This document shows, one piece after another, positions 33,885 through 46,923 of a stretch of 64,000 nucleotides of DNA (position 1 is the first letter of the stretch; every line of letters starts with the position of its first letter). The stretch comes from Chlorokybus atmophyticus (taxonomy: Eukaryota > Plantae > Mesostigma and Chlorokybus algae). The stretch covers positions 702,164 through 766,163 of the forward strand of contig RHPI01002823.1 of NCBI GenBank assembly GCA_009103225.1. The letters are read 5' to 3'. Below the pieces are notes generated by a model. The model was not told the DNA's origin, ran no database searches, and saw only the letters and a program-made list of their open reading frames with translations. The position numbers were made by a program, and so were the translations under genes.

Positions 33885-34292
33885 GCCTACGGCGGAGGAG
33901 GACGAGGATGATGAGGACGACGGCAAGGCCAAGGCGGAGGCGACCGCCACGGATCAGTCAGTTGACTGCGATGTTAGCCTATTTAGGAGCTTCCTGTCCC
34001 CCTTTTCGCGGTTAGAACCGGCCGGAAAGCGATGTCGAGCGGCCACGTCTATACGCTCGCACAGGGGCTTGTGTGACTGAGCGCACAAGGGCTTGTGCGC
34101 GGTCAAATGCATCACGTGACTTTGGTTCTAGTGCTGCTTGCCACCAGGCCAGGCCGGGCCAGACACCAGGCCGGACACCAGGCCAAGCCAGGGAAGGGAA
34201 GGCTAGGCTAGGCTGAAGGCCAGGTCAGCGAGCGGGTGAAGCTTGTGCTTGTGTGCGCTGGTGTGGTGGTGGAGGCGGAGGCGGAGGGGGAC

Positions 34293-36533
34293 ATGGTGCA
34301 GGTGCTGATGGGGAGCCGCAGCCTGGCTGCTCGGGACAAGGTCAGGGTCAACGCAGAGATGAGAGAACAGACAACCATTATGAGAGAATATACAACATTA
34401 ATGTTAACACAGGGAATGCGCAGCTTCAAGTCTGATACGTTGTCACTAAAGCAAGTACAAAAGGCGTTTTGGACAACGCCCAGAGTGCTTGTCCGACAAC
34501 GTGTGCACACTGCTGACCAATGACAGATCGTTGCTAATAACCCCCAACAAGCACTTGTTGATGGTTATAGCCCAATGTCATCTAATCCAACATGCACGCA
34601 ATTCTAAAAACGACCTCAACAACAAAAACATGACTTGCGAAGTTGGATGGAGACACTGGCAGTGTCTATCTATCTACCGCTGTCTATCGCTGTCAACGCA
34701 CCCCACCCACCCAGCCACACCCAGCCACACACACACACACGCACACACTCACGCAGGAGTCCCTAGCCGAGGACCTCCAGACCGCCAAGCGCGCTCTCCG
34801 TTCCGCCGAGGACGACCGCCGTCGCCTCACCGCCCGCGCGGGGAGACTGGCCGAGGAGAACCGGCGGTTGCGGGGAGGGGGAGGAGGAGGAGGAGGAGGA
34901 GGGGGGTTGGGATCGATGGTGATTAATGTGCCGAAGAATGGTAAGGGAAGGGGGATGGAGTGGAGTGGGGTTGGGTTGGGGTGATGGGTGTATGGGGCGT
35001 GAGAAAAGGGAGATGCATGCATGCAAGGCTCGTGCATGTTGTACATGCATACAGCTATCATTACATGAGAGTACCTGCACATGCACACGCAACTGCACAA
35101 CACGCGCAACTGCACGCACGCACGCACGTACGCACGCACATGTGCGGTTCATAGGACTTTGACCGCGTATACACCACTTGCATCTACGCGCCCACCTATA
35201 CACATGTGTCCCCCCACACTAGGCCCCTCGCGCCCCTCCAGCGCCACCCCCCGCCGCGCCAGCCACTCGAGCAGCCACAGCCTCCCCGCCAGTCGTCCCG
35301 ACTCTCCTGCCGCCGCCGCGTTTACCTTCTCCGCCGTCCCCGCGTTGCTGTCCTCATCCGACACCGCCTCGGAAGTCGCCTCCGATGCCGATGCATCAGA
35401 AGCAGCGAGTAACGCGACGGGCAACGAGTTGGAGGGGACGCATGGAACAAGGGGAGAGGAGGGGGAGATGGCGAGGGAGTTGCAGAATGTAAAGGTAGGC
35501 AAACATGCACACCTGGATGGGTGGGTGGGTGAACGTGCGTGTGTGCGTACGTGCGTGTGCGTGTATGTGTGCGCATGTGCGCGTGCGTCTACATACATGC
35601 GTATGCATGTTTGTGTGCGTGGGCGTGCAAGTGTGCGCGCATGCGCGTGTGCAAAGCTGTGTGCCCGCCCGTGCGAGTTGCTGTGTCTGAGTGCACCCAC
35701 AAGTGTGCATGCACATGTACGTATCTCTCGCATGCCACCAACATGCAACCATCTCTCCACAGGAGCTCCTTCAGCATCTGATCCAGCAGAGCGAGCACAA
35801 CACCCAAACCGCCACCAACACCACCAACAACAACGACAACGACAACGACAAAAACAACAGCAGCCACGTGTGGGCGGCAGTGCGCTCCCTGCAGGACTCC
35901 CACGGGCAGATGAACGCGAGGTTGCAAACCCTCGGGGCCGAGTGCGCCGCCCTCAGACAGGTTGGTGCGATATACAGTATGTATGTTGTGTGCGCACACT
36001 TGGCGTGTAACTCACTGTTGCCCGGGCCAAAGCGCAGGACCTCATGCGCGTGGCGGCCGAGCAGCGATTGGCAGACGGCTCGCAGGTGAGGGTGGGATGT
36101 GTCATGTCTTGGGTTGGTTGCTGTTGGTTGGTTCTGGTAACATCAACAACACACACACACACACACATGCGCACGCACGCAGAGTGGTATCGTGCGTGTG
36201 ATGATCGAGCAGCAACGCCTCCAACACGAGACCCTTCTCGACCAGGTGCCTTATGCTCAGAGAAAAGCATAATAGAGTGTGTATCATACTACTGATCATG
36301 AGTAGCTCACCATCTGTCCTCTGCATTGACAAACAGGCCCGACAGCTTGCGGCTCACATGGCCGTCATCCAATCACCAGCGGCTCGCCTTCATCAGAATC
36401 AACATCAACAACAAGAACAACAAACGCCTTTGCAGTCTCTTACGGCCCACAGTGCGAGGGAGCGTGAAGTGAAGGAGGTCGAGTTCGAAGGCCACACAAA
36501 GGGTGAACTCGAAGAGTGTGAGAGTGAGAGTGA

Positions 36534-36564
<31 letters not shown>

Positions 36565-39500
36565 AATGAGGAGAAGGTGGCTTCGGTGTCTTTGCCGTGG
36601 TTGAAGAGCGTGAGTCAAAGAGGCAACTACAACAACAACGCGGAGCTGTATTCGAACGGAGACCCATCCCCTCAGGCTACCACCACAATTCCAACATCAA
36701 TCTACCTGTCACCCGCGCAGCCACCCTTTGAACTCAGTTCTTCAACCCCTCTCGAACCCAGTCTACCTAACACAAACACCAACACAGACAGCATCCCCGT
36801 CGTGCTCGCGCGCGAGGGTGCCGTCCTCTCCCGTCTCCTCGCCCGTGCGAGAGATGCGCTGGCCGACGGGCCAACAGTCGAGGGCGTCAAAGAGTGCGAA
36901 GAGAGAATTGTTGGGCAGATCGAGAGCGTGAACAGGGAAGCTGTGGAGGCCATACAGGCCATGAGAACGAACAAGAACGTGGTGCGTGCGTGCGTGCGTG
37001 CGTGCGCGTGGTGAATAGACGCTTGTGCCCCAACATGTTCATGTGCGTGTCTGCTGTGTTCTCTTTCTGCCACAGTTGGCTGCGGGAGACAAGCCTGCAG
37101 CAGAGAGCCAGCTGCGTCTACTGATATCATCGCTGGAGACCGATATCGGCGGGATCGCAGCTAGCACTGCGCGTTCGGGAGGAGCAACATCAAAGGCATG
37201 TCCCTCTCATATCCAATTGATGTACTGTTGCCATTTTGTGCCTGTGGAAGACAGACCCAATGTGTGCGCGTGTGCGTATGTGGTTGTATTGTGTTGATGT
37301 TGTGTTTTTGACACTTGCAGGCTTACGCTGCCAGCTTGGAAGCAGCACGTAAGCGCATACTCGACGCTGCACATGAGGTGAGAGTGCTTGCAAGATGCGT
37401 TACCCCCCCTTCAGAATGTCTGTCGTTGTCCTGCTCTTTACATAGGTGTGCGTGAACAGGCTGAAACGGATATCAGAGTTGAGCTGAACAACGTCAATGC
37501 CGACATTGACGCAGTCCTCAGCAAAGCTGGAGATGATATTGATGCAGTACTCCATGACATGTCTCAGGCAAGCAACTATAGAGTAATTGCAGAAAACAAG
37601 CAACCAAAGCAAGTACATACCAACTATGCTGATATCCTTGTTTGTGCAGATATTGATCACAGCAATGAGAGCTGCACAGCCCTCCAAATCGATAACTTCC
37701 GCGTCATTATCGGCCCTGCTGAGCGATATCGGCAAGCACGGGGCGCGTGGGGCGGACATACTCGCCACGCTCAAGCGTGACACACAAGCGCTTCTGGTTG
37801 ATGTGGACTCAAGCCAAAGCGTTGCACATGCACATTTCCAGCGTGCGAAACATCGCCTCAACAGCGCATGTGCCGAGGCTCTCAGCAAAGTTGTGGACTC
37901 GATGAAATCGATGCCGTTGAGAGCGAGCAACGGGACTCTTCAGGTTGTGATCAAGCTGACAGAAGTGGCCGCTGAATGGGAGGTGAGTGACAAAGGACAC
38001 GCATGCGCGCACACGTGCACATACATGCACGCATGCACACATATATGCACACACACATTTCTGTTACAGGCAACCACGAGCGGTATGTTGCCGGAGCAAA
38101 TCCCTCTAGCAAGGGTGGCTAGCACAGAGGCATCCGCGGTGGCGTGCGTGGAGGGGGCGGGGCGGGTGGCATTGTGGGTGTTGAGGGGTTTAGACAAGGA
38201 TCAGAGGGGAAGGGATGTTGACAAGGAGCTTGAGGCAGTTGCTGGCGTGGTGAGAGGTGCTGTTGTGTCGTGCGCGCAAATGCTCGCTTCAGCCTGGCGT
38301 TCCATGGCCAATGACGAAATCACCAATGCTAACGCTGATGAAGTCCACGCTGCCTCCGCCGCCTCCTGTGAACACGTGCTGGCACGCATGCGGGACGTTG
38401 CTGTCAACATTGCCACGACACTGCGCGAGTACGTGTCTGCATGCACACCGAATTCCGTGCCAATCTAATCGAGAGCACTACACATGACACGTGCACGTGC
38501 ACACACACACAGATACACGAGCCCACGCACGCACACATGCACGCACCCGCGCACACAAGAGTGTGCGCGCACGAACACACACACACACACATACACTCCT
38601 TGCTTCAGGTTGCCCGAGGCGCAGCGCGAATCGAAGAGCGGCATGGCGTTGCTGAAGCTGCTTGAGGAGGCCAGTGCGGATGTTCACAAGCTGGTCGATG
38701 CACTCGGCAGCAGGCACAGCGGCAGTGGTGATGGTAAAGTGGAAGTGGTGGTTGTACTAGGCACGCAGATAGCTGTTGGAAAGTAAGTTGACATCTACTG
38801 GGAAGCCAGTGCAAAAATCACTGACACTGGCACTAGCGTGGATGTTGGCAACTGACCTGTGGATAAATAAACACTTTGCTGAAGTATACCTTCAGTCAAA
38901 CATGCCACTTTTTTAGCAAGAAACACTGCCTGTAAAGGTTGCAATGTCCGCAGTGCATGATTGATAGCGAGTGTCTGTGTAGGCATGTAAGCATGTAAGC
39001 GCCAGACAAGGCCGTCAACACTGAAAGCATCCCAAGCCAACAGCAGAGAAGAAGTTAGACAGGTCACAGACAATGAGCCTGTAGGCTGTTGGCAGGGTGT
39101 GCACTGGAAGAAGCCAATGCCCATTGCTACCGCTTTAGCTACCTTATCTTGAATTCTGCTGTGATATGTACATGTTTTACCTGAATAATGTCAGATATCC
39201 ACTTGGCTTGCAACAGCATTGCCACAACGCCCAACAATGCACCTGACTACGCAACTGAATATGAACACAACAACAACACCTCATGTATAGGTAGGACCCC
39301 TGCATCATCATCATCATCGTCATCTTTACCACCCCTCATGTATGCGTTCCATCCGTTTAGCCAAGTCCTCCACAGCGGTGCGAGCAACACTGTTGTTGGC
39401 GTTGCTGTTGTTGGCGGCGGCGGCGTGGTTGAAGCCGTTGAGGCAGACGGTGAGGTGGCGTAGGGCGGATCGCCAGCACGCTGCCTCGCGTAAGCCCAGC

Positions 39501-39611
39501 GTCACGGAGGCCGTCACGCCGTACCGCGCTGCCGGTTGCGCCATCGGAAAGAACTCGAGAGAGAACGAGGATGAGGACGACACCACCCCATCAAGGAACA
39601 GCGACGAGTGA
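34293..39611 (+). CDS. Multi-exon coiled-coil protein of unknown function
   Basis: Exons such as ESLAEDLQTAKRALRSAEDDRRRLTARAGRLAEENRRLR, ELLQHLIQQSEH...LQTLGAECAALRQ and LARARDALADGPTVEGVKECEE; CA-repeat-rich introns. Both ends are tentative. Confidence 0.6.
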
Positions 39612-39696
39612 GCGCCGTGGTACCTGATGCACACACGCGTTGGTCAATGCTAGCAAACAAGTGGGTGCCAACCATGTCTGTGTATGCTGCCGGTAG

Positions 39697-41036
39697 TTAT
39701 GCTCCGCATCGATTCGTGCATGTTGTGTCCAATGCGTGCCAATGCGTGTGTAGCAGTGCTGACTGGGCAGTGCTATAGTAGTTACAATGCAATGATGCAG
39801 TGGTTGTGACGTACGGGTAATGGCAACTGCGGACGATGCGCGAGACTTGCCCATGGGAGCACCGCACTGCATGCACCTGCACTTCAAAGCAGGAGCTCCA
39901 GTCGTAGGTCTCTCGCTCTTTCAAGCCTGAAGGCAGACAATGGTTATGTTTTAATACCCAAACCCAGTCATAGAGACAAACTGTTCACATCCTTTCGCCT
40001 TTGGTCTGCATTATGGCAGACATGCCACCCAACCACACAACGTCGTCCACAGGCTTACCACACACACATGCACACTCGCACGCGCCTGTGTTGGTGCAAC
40101 ACGAACATAATGGACACCCACCTGGCCAGTTGTGGCTGCAATTGTGCCCTCCATCGCAGTCGCCCGTCGCGGTCAAGTCAAACTCAAGGATCCATTGCGC
40201 ATTTCCAGCAACAGCATCCTCGCACGGCAGCACTCTCTGCTCGAGGAGCTTGTCGCAGAAGAAGACGCTGCCGACGAACTTTACATCCGCGGCGTCTACG
40301 TACTCGAGGGGGAGCGGCATCTGATGATGATGATGTTGTTGGCCCGCCGTGTCTTGACTCGATTCAACCAGCAACGGTCTTCTCCTTTTGGGGTGAAAGT
40401 ACTGCCACGAGTTCGTCTGCTCGGCCTGTGTCGCGTTCGCGTACTGAGCGTACCGCTTGTGGAACGGCTTTCGGCTCGATGCACCAGCAGCCTGCACATC
40501 AACACAACTACACTCAGAGCATGAACTCGCTGCAAGTTGCAATCATCAGTTGCACTGAATGCAAGCTGATGCATCAGAGTGTTGACGAGCGGGAGCAAAA
40601 GCAATCATTAAAACACTGCTGAGGTATCTCATATCGTTGGCATGCATGCCAGTAACAGGCACATATGGTCTGGCTCCTGCCAGGAGACAGAACATGTGTC
40701 TACTGCTATGCCCGTAGCAGAGTATGTTCAGCCAGGAGACGGTCTGCTACTGGCATGTGCCAGCCAGATGAGACTACACCAGAAAGATACCCTCTGTTAC
40801 TGGCATGCACCACCCAACGTGTTATGCGCAGCCGTCTTTCTTGCCTCGTGAGCCTGGAGGAATGTGGGCCAGTCGCGCAAGCAGTGCTTCTGCCAGAGCG
40901 TGTCGGCGGAGGCGGCCTGCTGCCAAAGCCGACTCACACATGTGGCCTGAACAAGGCTGCCCTCGTCCAGCCACGCAAACACGCTCTCCAGCTCATCACG
41001 GCCCAACTGCGCCAATGCTGGCGTCGCAGCAGCCAT
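39697..41036 (-). CDS. F-box protein
   Basis: LAQLGRDELESVFAWLDEGSLVQATCVSRLWQQAASADTLWQKHC matches an F-box. Downstream exons lie at about 40480-40090 and 39925-39697; the 3' end is tentative. Confidence 0.75.
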
Positions 41037-42833
41037 CCTTGTTGGTTGGTTGGTTGCAAGTTCCCTTCCAGCTCAGTTTAGCCCCGCCTCATCCTTCAGC
41101 GCATTCACTCAACAGACCTGTTTAAACAGACAGAAACAGCTGTCTGAACACAGGTGTGACGCTTCTGTTACAAGGAACTGGACCGGGGAAGGGTTTTGTT
41201 GGATCATAAGCAATGCAGGGCTGGTGTGGTCTTATGCTGTGAGTTGATAGCGACACATTGTACAGTCATGGTCACACAGTCCAGCAAGGGGAGACCTTGC
41301 CCCCCCCCCTCCCCCCCCGCCCCCAATGCACACCAACACAAAGAGAAGCTTCTCACACAATGCGGTGCTGTATACTGCAGTTTATTTGCTGCCTTGTGCC
41401 TTTGGCCGGGTTACTGCCAGAAAAAGACATGCCAAAACACTCCACGCTACACTGCGTAGTGGCTTCTAGCTGCATTGGCACGGTTGAAGGGGGGCATCCA
41501 TCCGACCAAAACACCAAGCTAAGGCCTCAAATTACGCTACCAAGTGACATTTAGGCCACATTGCACCCATTGCCAAGCTAGGGCAGGTGGTGATTGAGGT
41601 GGGCCTGGTCAGCATGCAGATTTGACAAGCACGTGCTGCAGTGAAGTCAACAGCAGCAGCGGCGGTTACTCACCCAGCAAGCGAGCGCAGGACAAAGGCC
41701 AATTTCACACGTGGTTGCATAATGCATAATGTCCTTCTCCGCCACCTGGTCCACCTCCGGCAGCTCCTTCTCCGCCGCCGCCTCCAGGTTGGCGCCAATG
41801 CACTGTGTGCCACCCAGTGGTTTGTATTGACCAGTACTGGTCAGCGAATGCAGCCTGCAAGGGACCACACAGGATGCCCGCCCGCAGGCGAGCCGCGTAC
41901 AATTGCAGCGCGCGACACCACCGCACGTTTGCTCTGCAGTTTACGAGCTCGCATATCATTAAAGTTCGTGAGTGGACAAAGCGATGCCCTGGTGTGGTAT
42001 GGTACGCTCAGCTGCACCATGCGAGCGTGACGGGAAAAGTTTAACGTCTGCAAGTCGCTGGTTCCCTCGTCGTCATCAGACTGCATGCACGGCTGCCGAA
42101 AGGGCTGCCGGAAGGGCCTTTGCACAGCAACTTCAAGGCAAGTTGAGGCGCTAAGCAGTTAGATAACCTGCTGCATATATGCGATGAAATTGTGCCAAGA
42201 TGGCAACCACACTGCATTCAATAAACAAGCTGTGCCACACAAGCGCAACCTTGCGGATGCATTTGCACATGACAACCAAATTGGCAAGCATGCAACAAGA
42301 TACAATGAAGTGCATCAGAGGGCTGGGTACGAGCCTAATGCAACAAAACGCAAACAGCGGCAGCAAGGCGGCGTTGTATAATTGGCAACGACGCAACACA
42401 GCGACACGACACGACAGTGATGACGCTGGAGTACTACTTGCGTGGCAACCGCTGTGCATGGCGACGAATTTGGAGCTGTGCCGGTCTGAAATAAGAAGTA
42501 GAGCTCACCAAGCCATCCACGACGAGAGCTGGTTCCGGGTGTGGTAGTCACACTGTTGAGTGGCTTGCAGATCACTTAGACCTCTGTGCAATTTTTGACC
42601 TGATTTGATTATGTCTGCGCATGATTGGGATGCTACGCACAACTCATGTTGAATCTTGACCCAACAGCTCAAACATGCTCCGATTCAACCTTCTACTTTC
42701 CAACAGTTATTAATGTGTCATGTGGCTGCAATGTGGGCCAATTGTTTGAAGTGATGAATGAGCGTGCGTAGCACAATTGCATGGGAGCTCTAGCTTATCT
42801 TGAGCAGATAACTGTCTTTGCAGCTTCAGTCCA

Positions 42834-45800
42834 TCACCACAGTCCAGTTGAGATGACTGCCGAACCCGCCGCAGCAATGGCTGCAGATGCAATGGCAACT
42901 GCTGTTTGTTGATCCTGCGACAATCCCGTATGAGATTGTGTTGTGCACAACATGATTGCAGGATGTAAAAGCATGTGCTTGCTGGCAGATAGCTTGATAT
43001 CATCAGCGTATGCGCACGTACCTGTACAGTTTTAACACCACGCTTGCCAATGGCCAATATGTGGTCCTTTGTGGCAGCATTGGGTTGAATGTCGAGTCTC
43101 TTCATCTCCGCGTACAGTGCAAGCGCTGTGGTCCACTGCTCCGCACGCTCACAAGCCTGTAAAGAATAGGTGTTGAACAGTGGCGATCATAATGATTGCG
43201 TGCTAATGCTTCTGACAGGATGAGAGGTGCTTCCAGCAGTCACCTGTATGAGGGCGTTGAAGACATGCACTGTGAGTTTGCATCCCAACTCCTCCATCAC
43301 CTGCCGCTGCGCCAGTGCTTGCCTCCAGTGCCCACTGCAACATCCACACCAACGTCATGCTGTTGTTTAGCGCACAGCTTGCTGTCATCAGTACCAAACT
43401 CAAAGCTTTGAAAACATGCTATGATCTAACAGATTTCACCTGTTTGAGTAGGCTTCCACTAAGCCTACAATTGCATAGTCTCTAGGCTTGTAACCGGCAG
43501 CAAGCATGTTATCAAACGCAGCTTGTGCCTTAACATGCTGGCCCGCTTTACCATATGCAGCTACGAGCGTCTCCCATGCCACAATGTCCGGAGTTGGCAT
43601 CTCCTGCAATAAAAGCAATATCACATCAATAAGATACACAACAATTTAATGGTGGATGGACACCAAAGCAGTATTTCACATTACATCTTGGCCAACATCT
43701 AAGTTACCTTGAATAGGCGTTCGACATGTTGCAACTGGCCAGATTTCCCGCAAGCACTCATCGCAGTAGTCCAGAGGTAGTTGCTGCGCTCTATGCCCAA
43801 GTCTGTAGCCAGCTGAAGCATAGAAAGCGCTCCTTGCCAGTTCTGCACCTTCTCATAAGCATGCACCATAGACCTGATGAAGCAAAACTGTCAACTACTG
43901 CGTCTGCACCAACATGGCCACGAAGACACAACAACCCCTGAGCAACGTGACACACCCATGACCACGCATGCACGCTTACCCGAGAACAACAACGTTGGGT
44001 GTGGATCCTGCATGCTGCATCTCACGCAGCAAGTGTTCTGCGCGCTCGCACTGCCATGACTCGGCCACGGCTTTGATAATAGCAGCATAAGTGTACTCGT
44101 TTGGGGTGCATTCCATGGAGTAGAAGAGCTGCAGTGCTTCCTGCCACTTGCCGGCAGTGCCGAGCGCAGCCAACAACGAGACATAGATATGCGCGTTGCA
44201 TTCCACGCCATATCTCTTTCTCAAAGAATAAATGTCCAATGCGCGCTGCCAGTTGCCCATGCCAGCGCTTGCTTTTATTGCCGTGCTGAATATATACACA
44301 TCTGCATGAAATGCATGCCTGTCATTGCTGTAACAGAGGAAATTCTGCCCGAATCACCCAGAAACCTGCAACACTCTGCAGCAATCCTGACCTGGGACAA
44401 TGCCAGATGACTGCATCTCGCTGAAGTATTCCACCGTATCTTCCCACTTTTCAGCTTTACAGCAAGCCGTTAGAATTGCACTATACGTAAATGCATTCGG
44501 CTTTGCTCTGTATCGCAAGAGGCGTGTGTCAGCCCTCTGTCAAGCTCTTCCACAACCAATGCACACGAAGCCAACCAAAGTTGATGTGCTTTAGTGCAGG
44601 TTCTGCATGACTGTCTTTGCATGATTGTGGTAAGCGAGCCGACGACATTTCCGACACATACACCAACATCATTCAACCCACCATTCAACGTACCCAAGCA
44701 ACTTCATGCGTTGGAAGGTGGTTGCAGCTTCATCTATCCTACCAGCGTCACCAAGGCTGGATATTAACGCAGTCCAGAAGTGGACATTGCGCACTGCAGC
44801 CTCTTCGTCTGCATGTGCCTGGATAAATCTATCACAGAGCTGTTGCGCCTTGTCCACTTGCTGGTACTTGCTGTACACTCGGAACATAACTGTACAATGG
44901 TGCGTGTTGGGTGAATACCTGCACAATACAGTCATGCTGTGACACTCTGCAATGTCACGCCTAAGGCGTGATTGCGACAAGCAACAAGCAAAGGGTTCGC
45001 AACACCCATTTCAATGTGATTGCCACCTATCGTATATCAACTAGGCTCGCGCGAGTTAGTTGAAACATTTCCTCCACACAGAGCATCTCTTACCCGTTCC
45101 GTTCCAGCCACTCAAAGTTTGCAACTGCGCGGTCAGTACTCAGCCGCTTGAGGCCGAACAACACGTCTTTTTCCTGCTCTTCGGCCTCGGCTGCTGGCAA
45201 GCTTTCTCTCAGCTTGTCACGAGCCGCCAATGTGCTCTTCACATGCAACATCTGCCATAGCAGAAGCAGGTTTGACCTGTAAGCGCACATGCAACCATCC
45301 AAATTGGGACGCAGCAGCGCCATACTTTGCACAACATACTTGCCGAGGATGCATTCCATGTCTCACCCTCAGTAACTCCGGTGGACACGGATCCGGGTCA
45401 AAGCTGCTTGAGCCAAAGTTGCTTGGCTTGCGGCCACTGCGCTTGGCATGTTGTGACGTTGATTTATGTGTTTGAGTGTGGTTGTTCGCTTCCTTCTCCA
45501 CAACTGTGCTTGCAACTGTAAACCTCTCACTGCTGCGGTCCAGCCGTGGCTCTATCCTAAAAGAAGTGGTTGAGCACGCCTGACCATCACCAACAACAGT
45601 ACTCTTCTGGTTGGGAGCTGCAACGCGTAGGGTAACGGTAGCTAAGCCGCCTGCAGTGCGGTCTACCCGTGGCTCTATTCTGAAGGAGGTGGTTGAACAA
45701 GCCTGACCATCGCTGTCACCATCACTAGAGTGCTCACGCTCAAGTTTCTGGTTAGGGGTTACAATGCGCAGCGTAGAAGCTGAGCCGCCTGCTGTTTGCG

Positions 45801-46675
45801 TGGCACTTTGACGCACAACCAAGCGCACCCTTGCTGGGTTTGCCTTCTGCAGCAACACGCGCTTGCTATTAGCATCAACACAGCTGTCAGCAAAGTGACA
45901 ACTGAAAATAACTCCCCGAAGGATCCCCGAAGCATGCTTGATATCAATGGCTTTCAGTTAGTTGCTACCACGGACGCAATGCGATGGTGATGGGGAACGG
46001 AGCGCAGCTGCTGTTCTGTCAGACGGACTGCAGGCTGACGCAAGAACCGTCACAAGCAAGCTTCCACCATCTTACAGATAATGATCAAGCTAATCAAGCA
46101 CAATTGTACTCGAAGTACTGCCAAGTAAGCCGCAACGATAAGTACTCCAAGCTACTATGCAGCATTGCGGTGGCATTGTCTGAGTATTGCTTGTGCTGTA
46201 TGGCACAAGCTGCGCCCATTGCACGCACCGTGTCTCGCAGTGATCTGTCGCTGAACAGCAAGACGCAGCCCACCACCGCCCCGCCCCTTGCGCACAGCAT
46301 CCTCTGCAAGCTGTATGGGACGACACAACCACCGCCACCACTGCGACCGCCGCCGCCGCCGCCGCCAGCTGGCACCCTTCGGCTGCTTTCTTACGCTACA
46401 CACACTTCCGCCAGTCAATTGGAAGATGACAACGTACTTTCCGCAAAGGCTTCCAGAAGTGCAGGGCGTTCAACGCAAGTCCGAAGCACGTTGCGAGCAC
46501 CAAACGCGACGACCAGCGACAGTTCGCTGTCACCGCACCGGTCCACAAGACACATACTGCAACTTTGCCGGTCAGGTACCCACCAGGTGGGAAGCACGGC
46601 GGCAGGCGATTCAGCACAGCCTGGTAACGTCCGATCTAGACCAGCTTTGAGCGGGAACGACATGACAAGTAGCAT
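42834..46675 (-). CDS. P-type pentatricopeptide repeat protein, probably organellar
   Basis: PPR motifs NVHFWTALISSLGDAGRIDEAATTFQRM, CNAHIYVSLLAALGTAGKWQEALQLF, PNEYTYAAIIKAVAESWQCERA and PDIVAWETLVAAYGKAGQHVKA. Last exon DQQTAVAIASAAIAAAGSAVISTGLW*. Start is uncertain. Confidence 0.88.
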
Positions 46676-46923
46676 GATGTGACGTAATTATAATTGCCGG
46701 CAAACGGCGAGCACACAGTGCAACACACCTGCCGTCAATGCGTTGTAATGACGCGTGCGTGCGTGCAACAAAGGCTCGCGTTTACAGCTGAGAAAGCGCA
46801 TAACTGAGACGCTGGCATTAAGCAGTGCGCTGCGTCAGGCGGCAGCGGCGGCAGCCGGGTCGAGAGTAGGGGCGTGGGCTCCGACGAGGGTGGTGGGGTG
46901 GGTGGGGTGCAGCAGAGTTCCTG

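Noticed and set aside
42315-42575. Smr domain at the PPR C-terminus
   Set aside because: The PPR CDS has a plausible stop at 42834, and there is no real DLHG or GxG signature.
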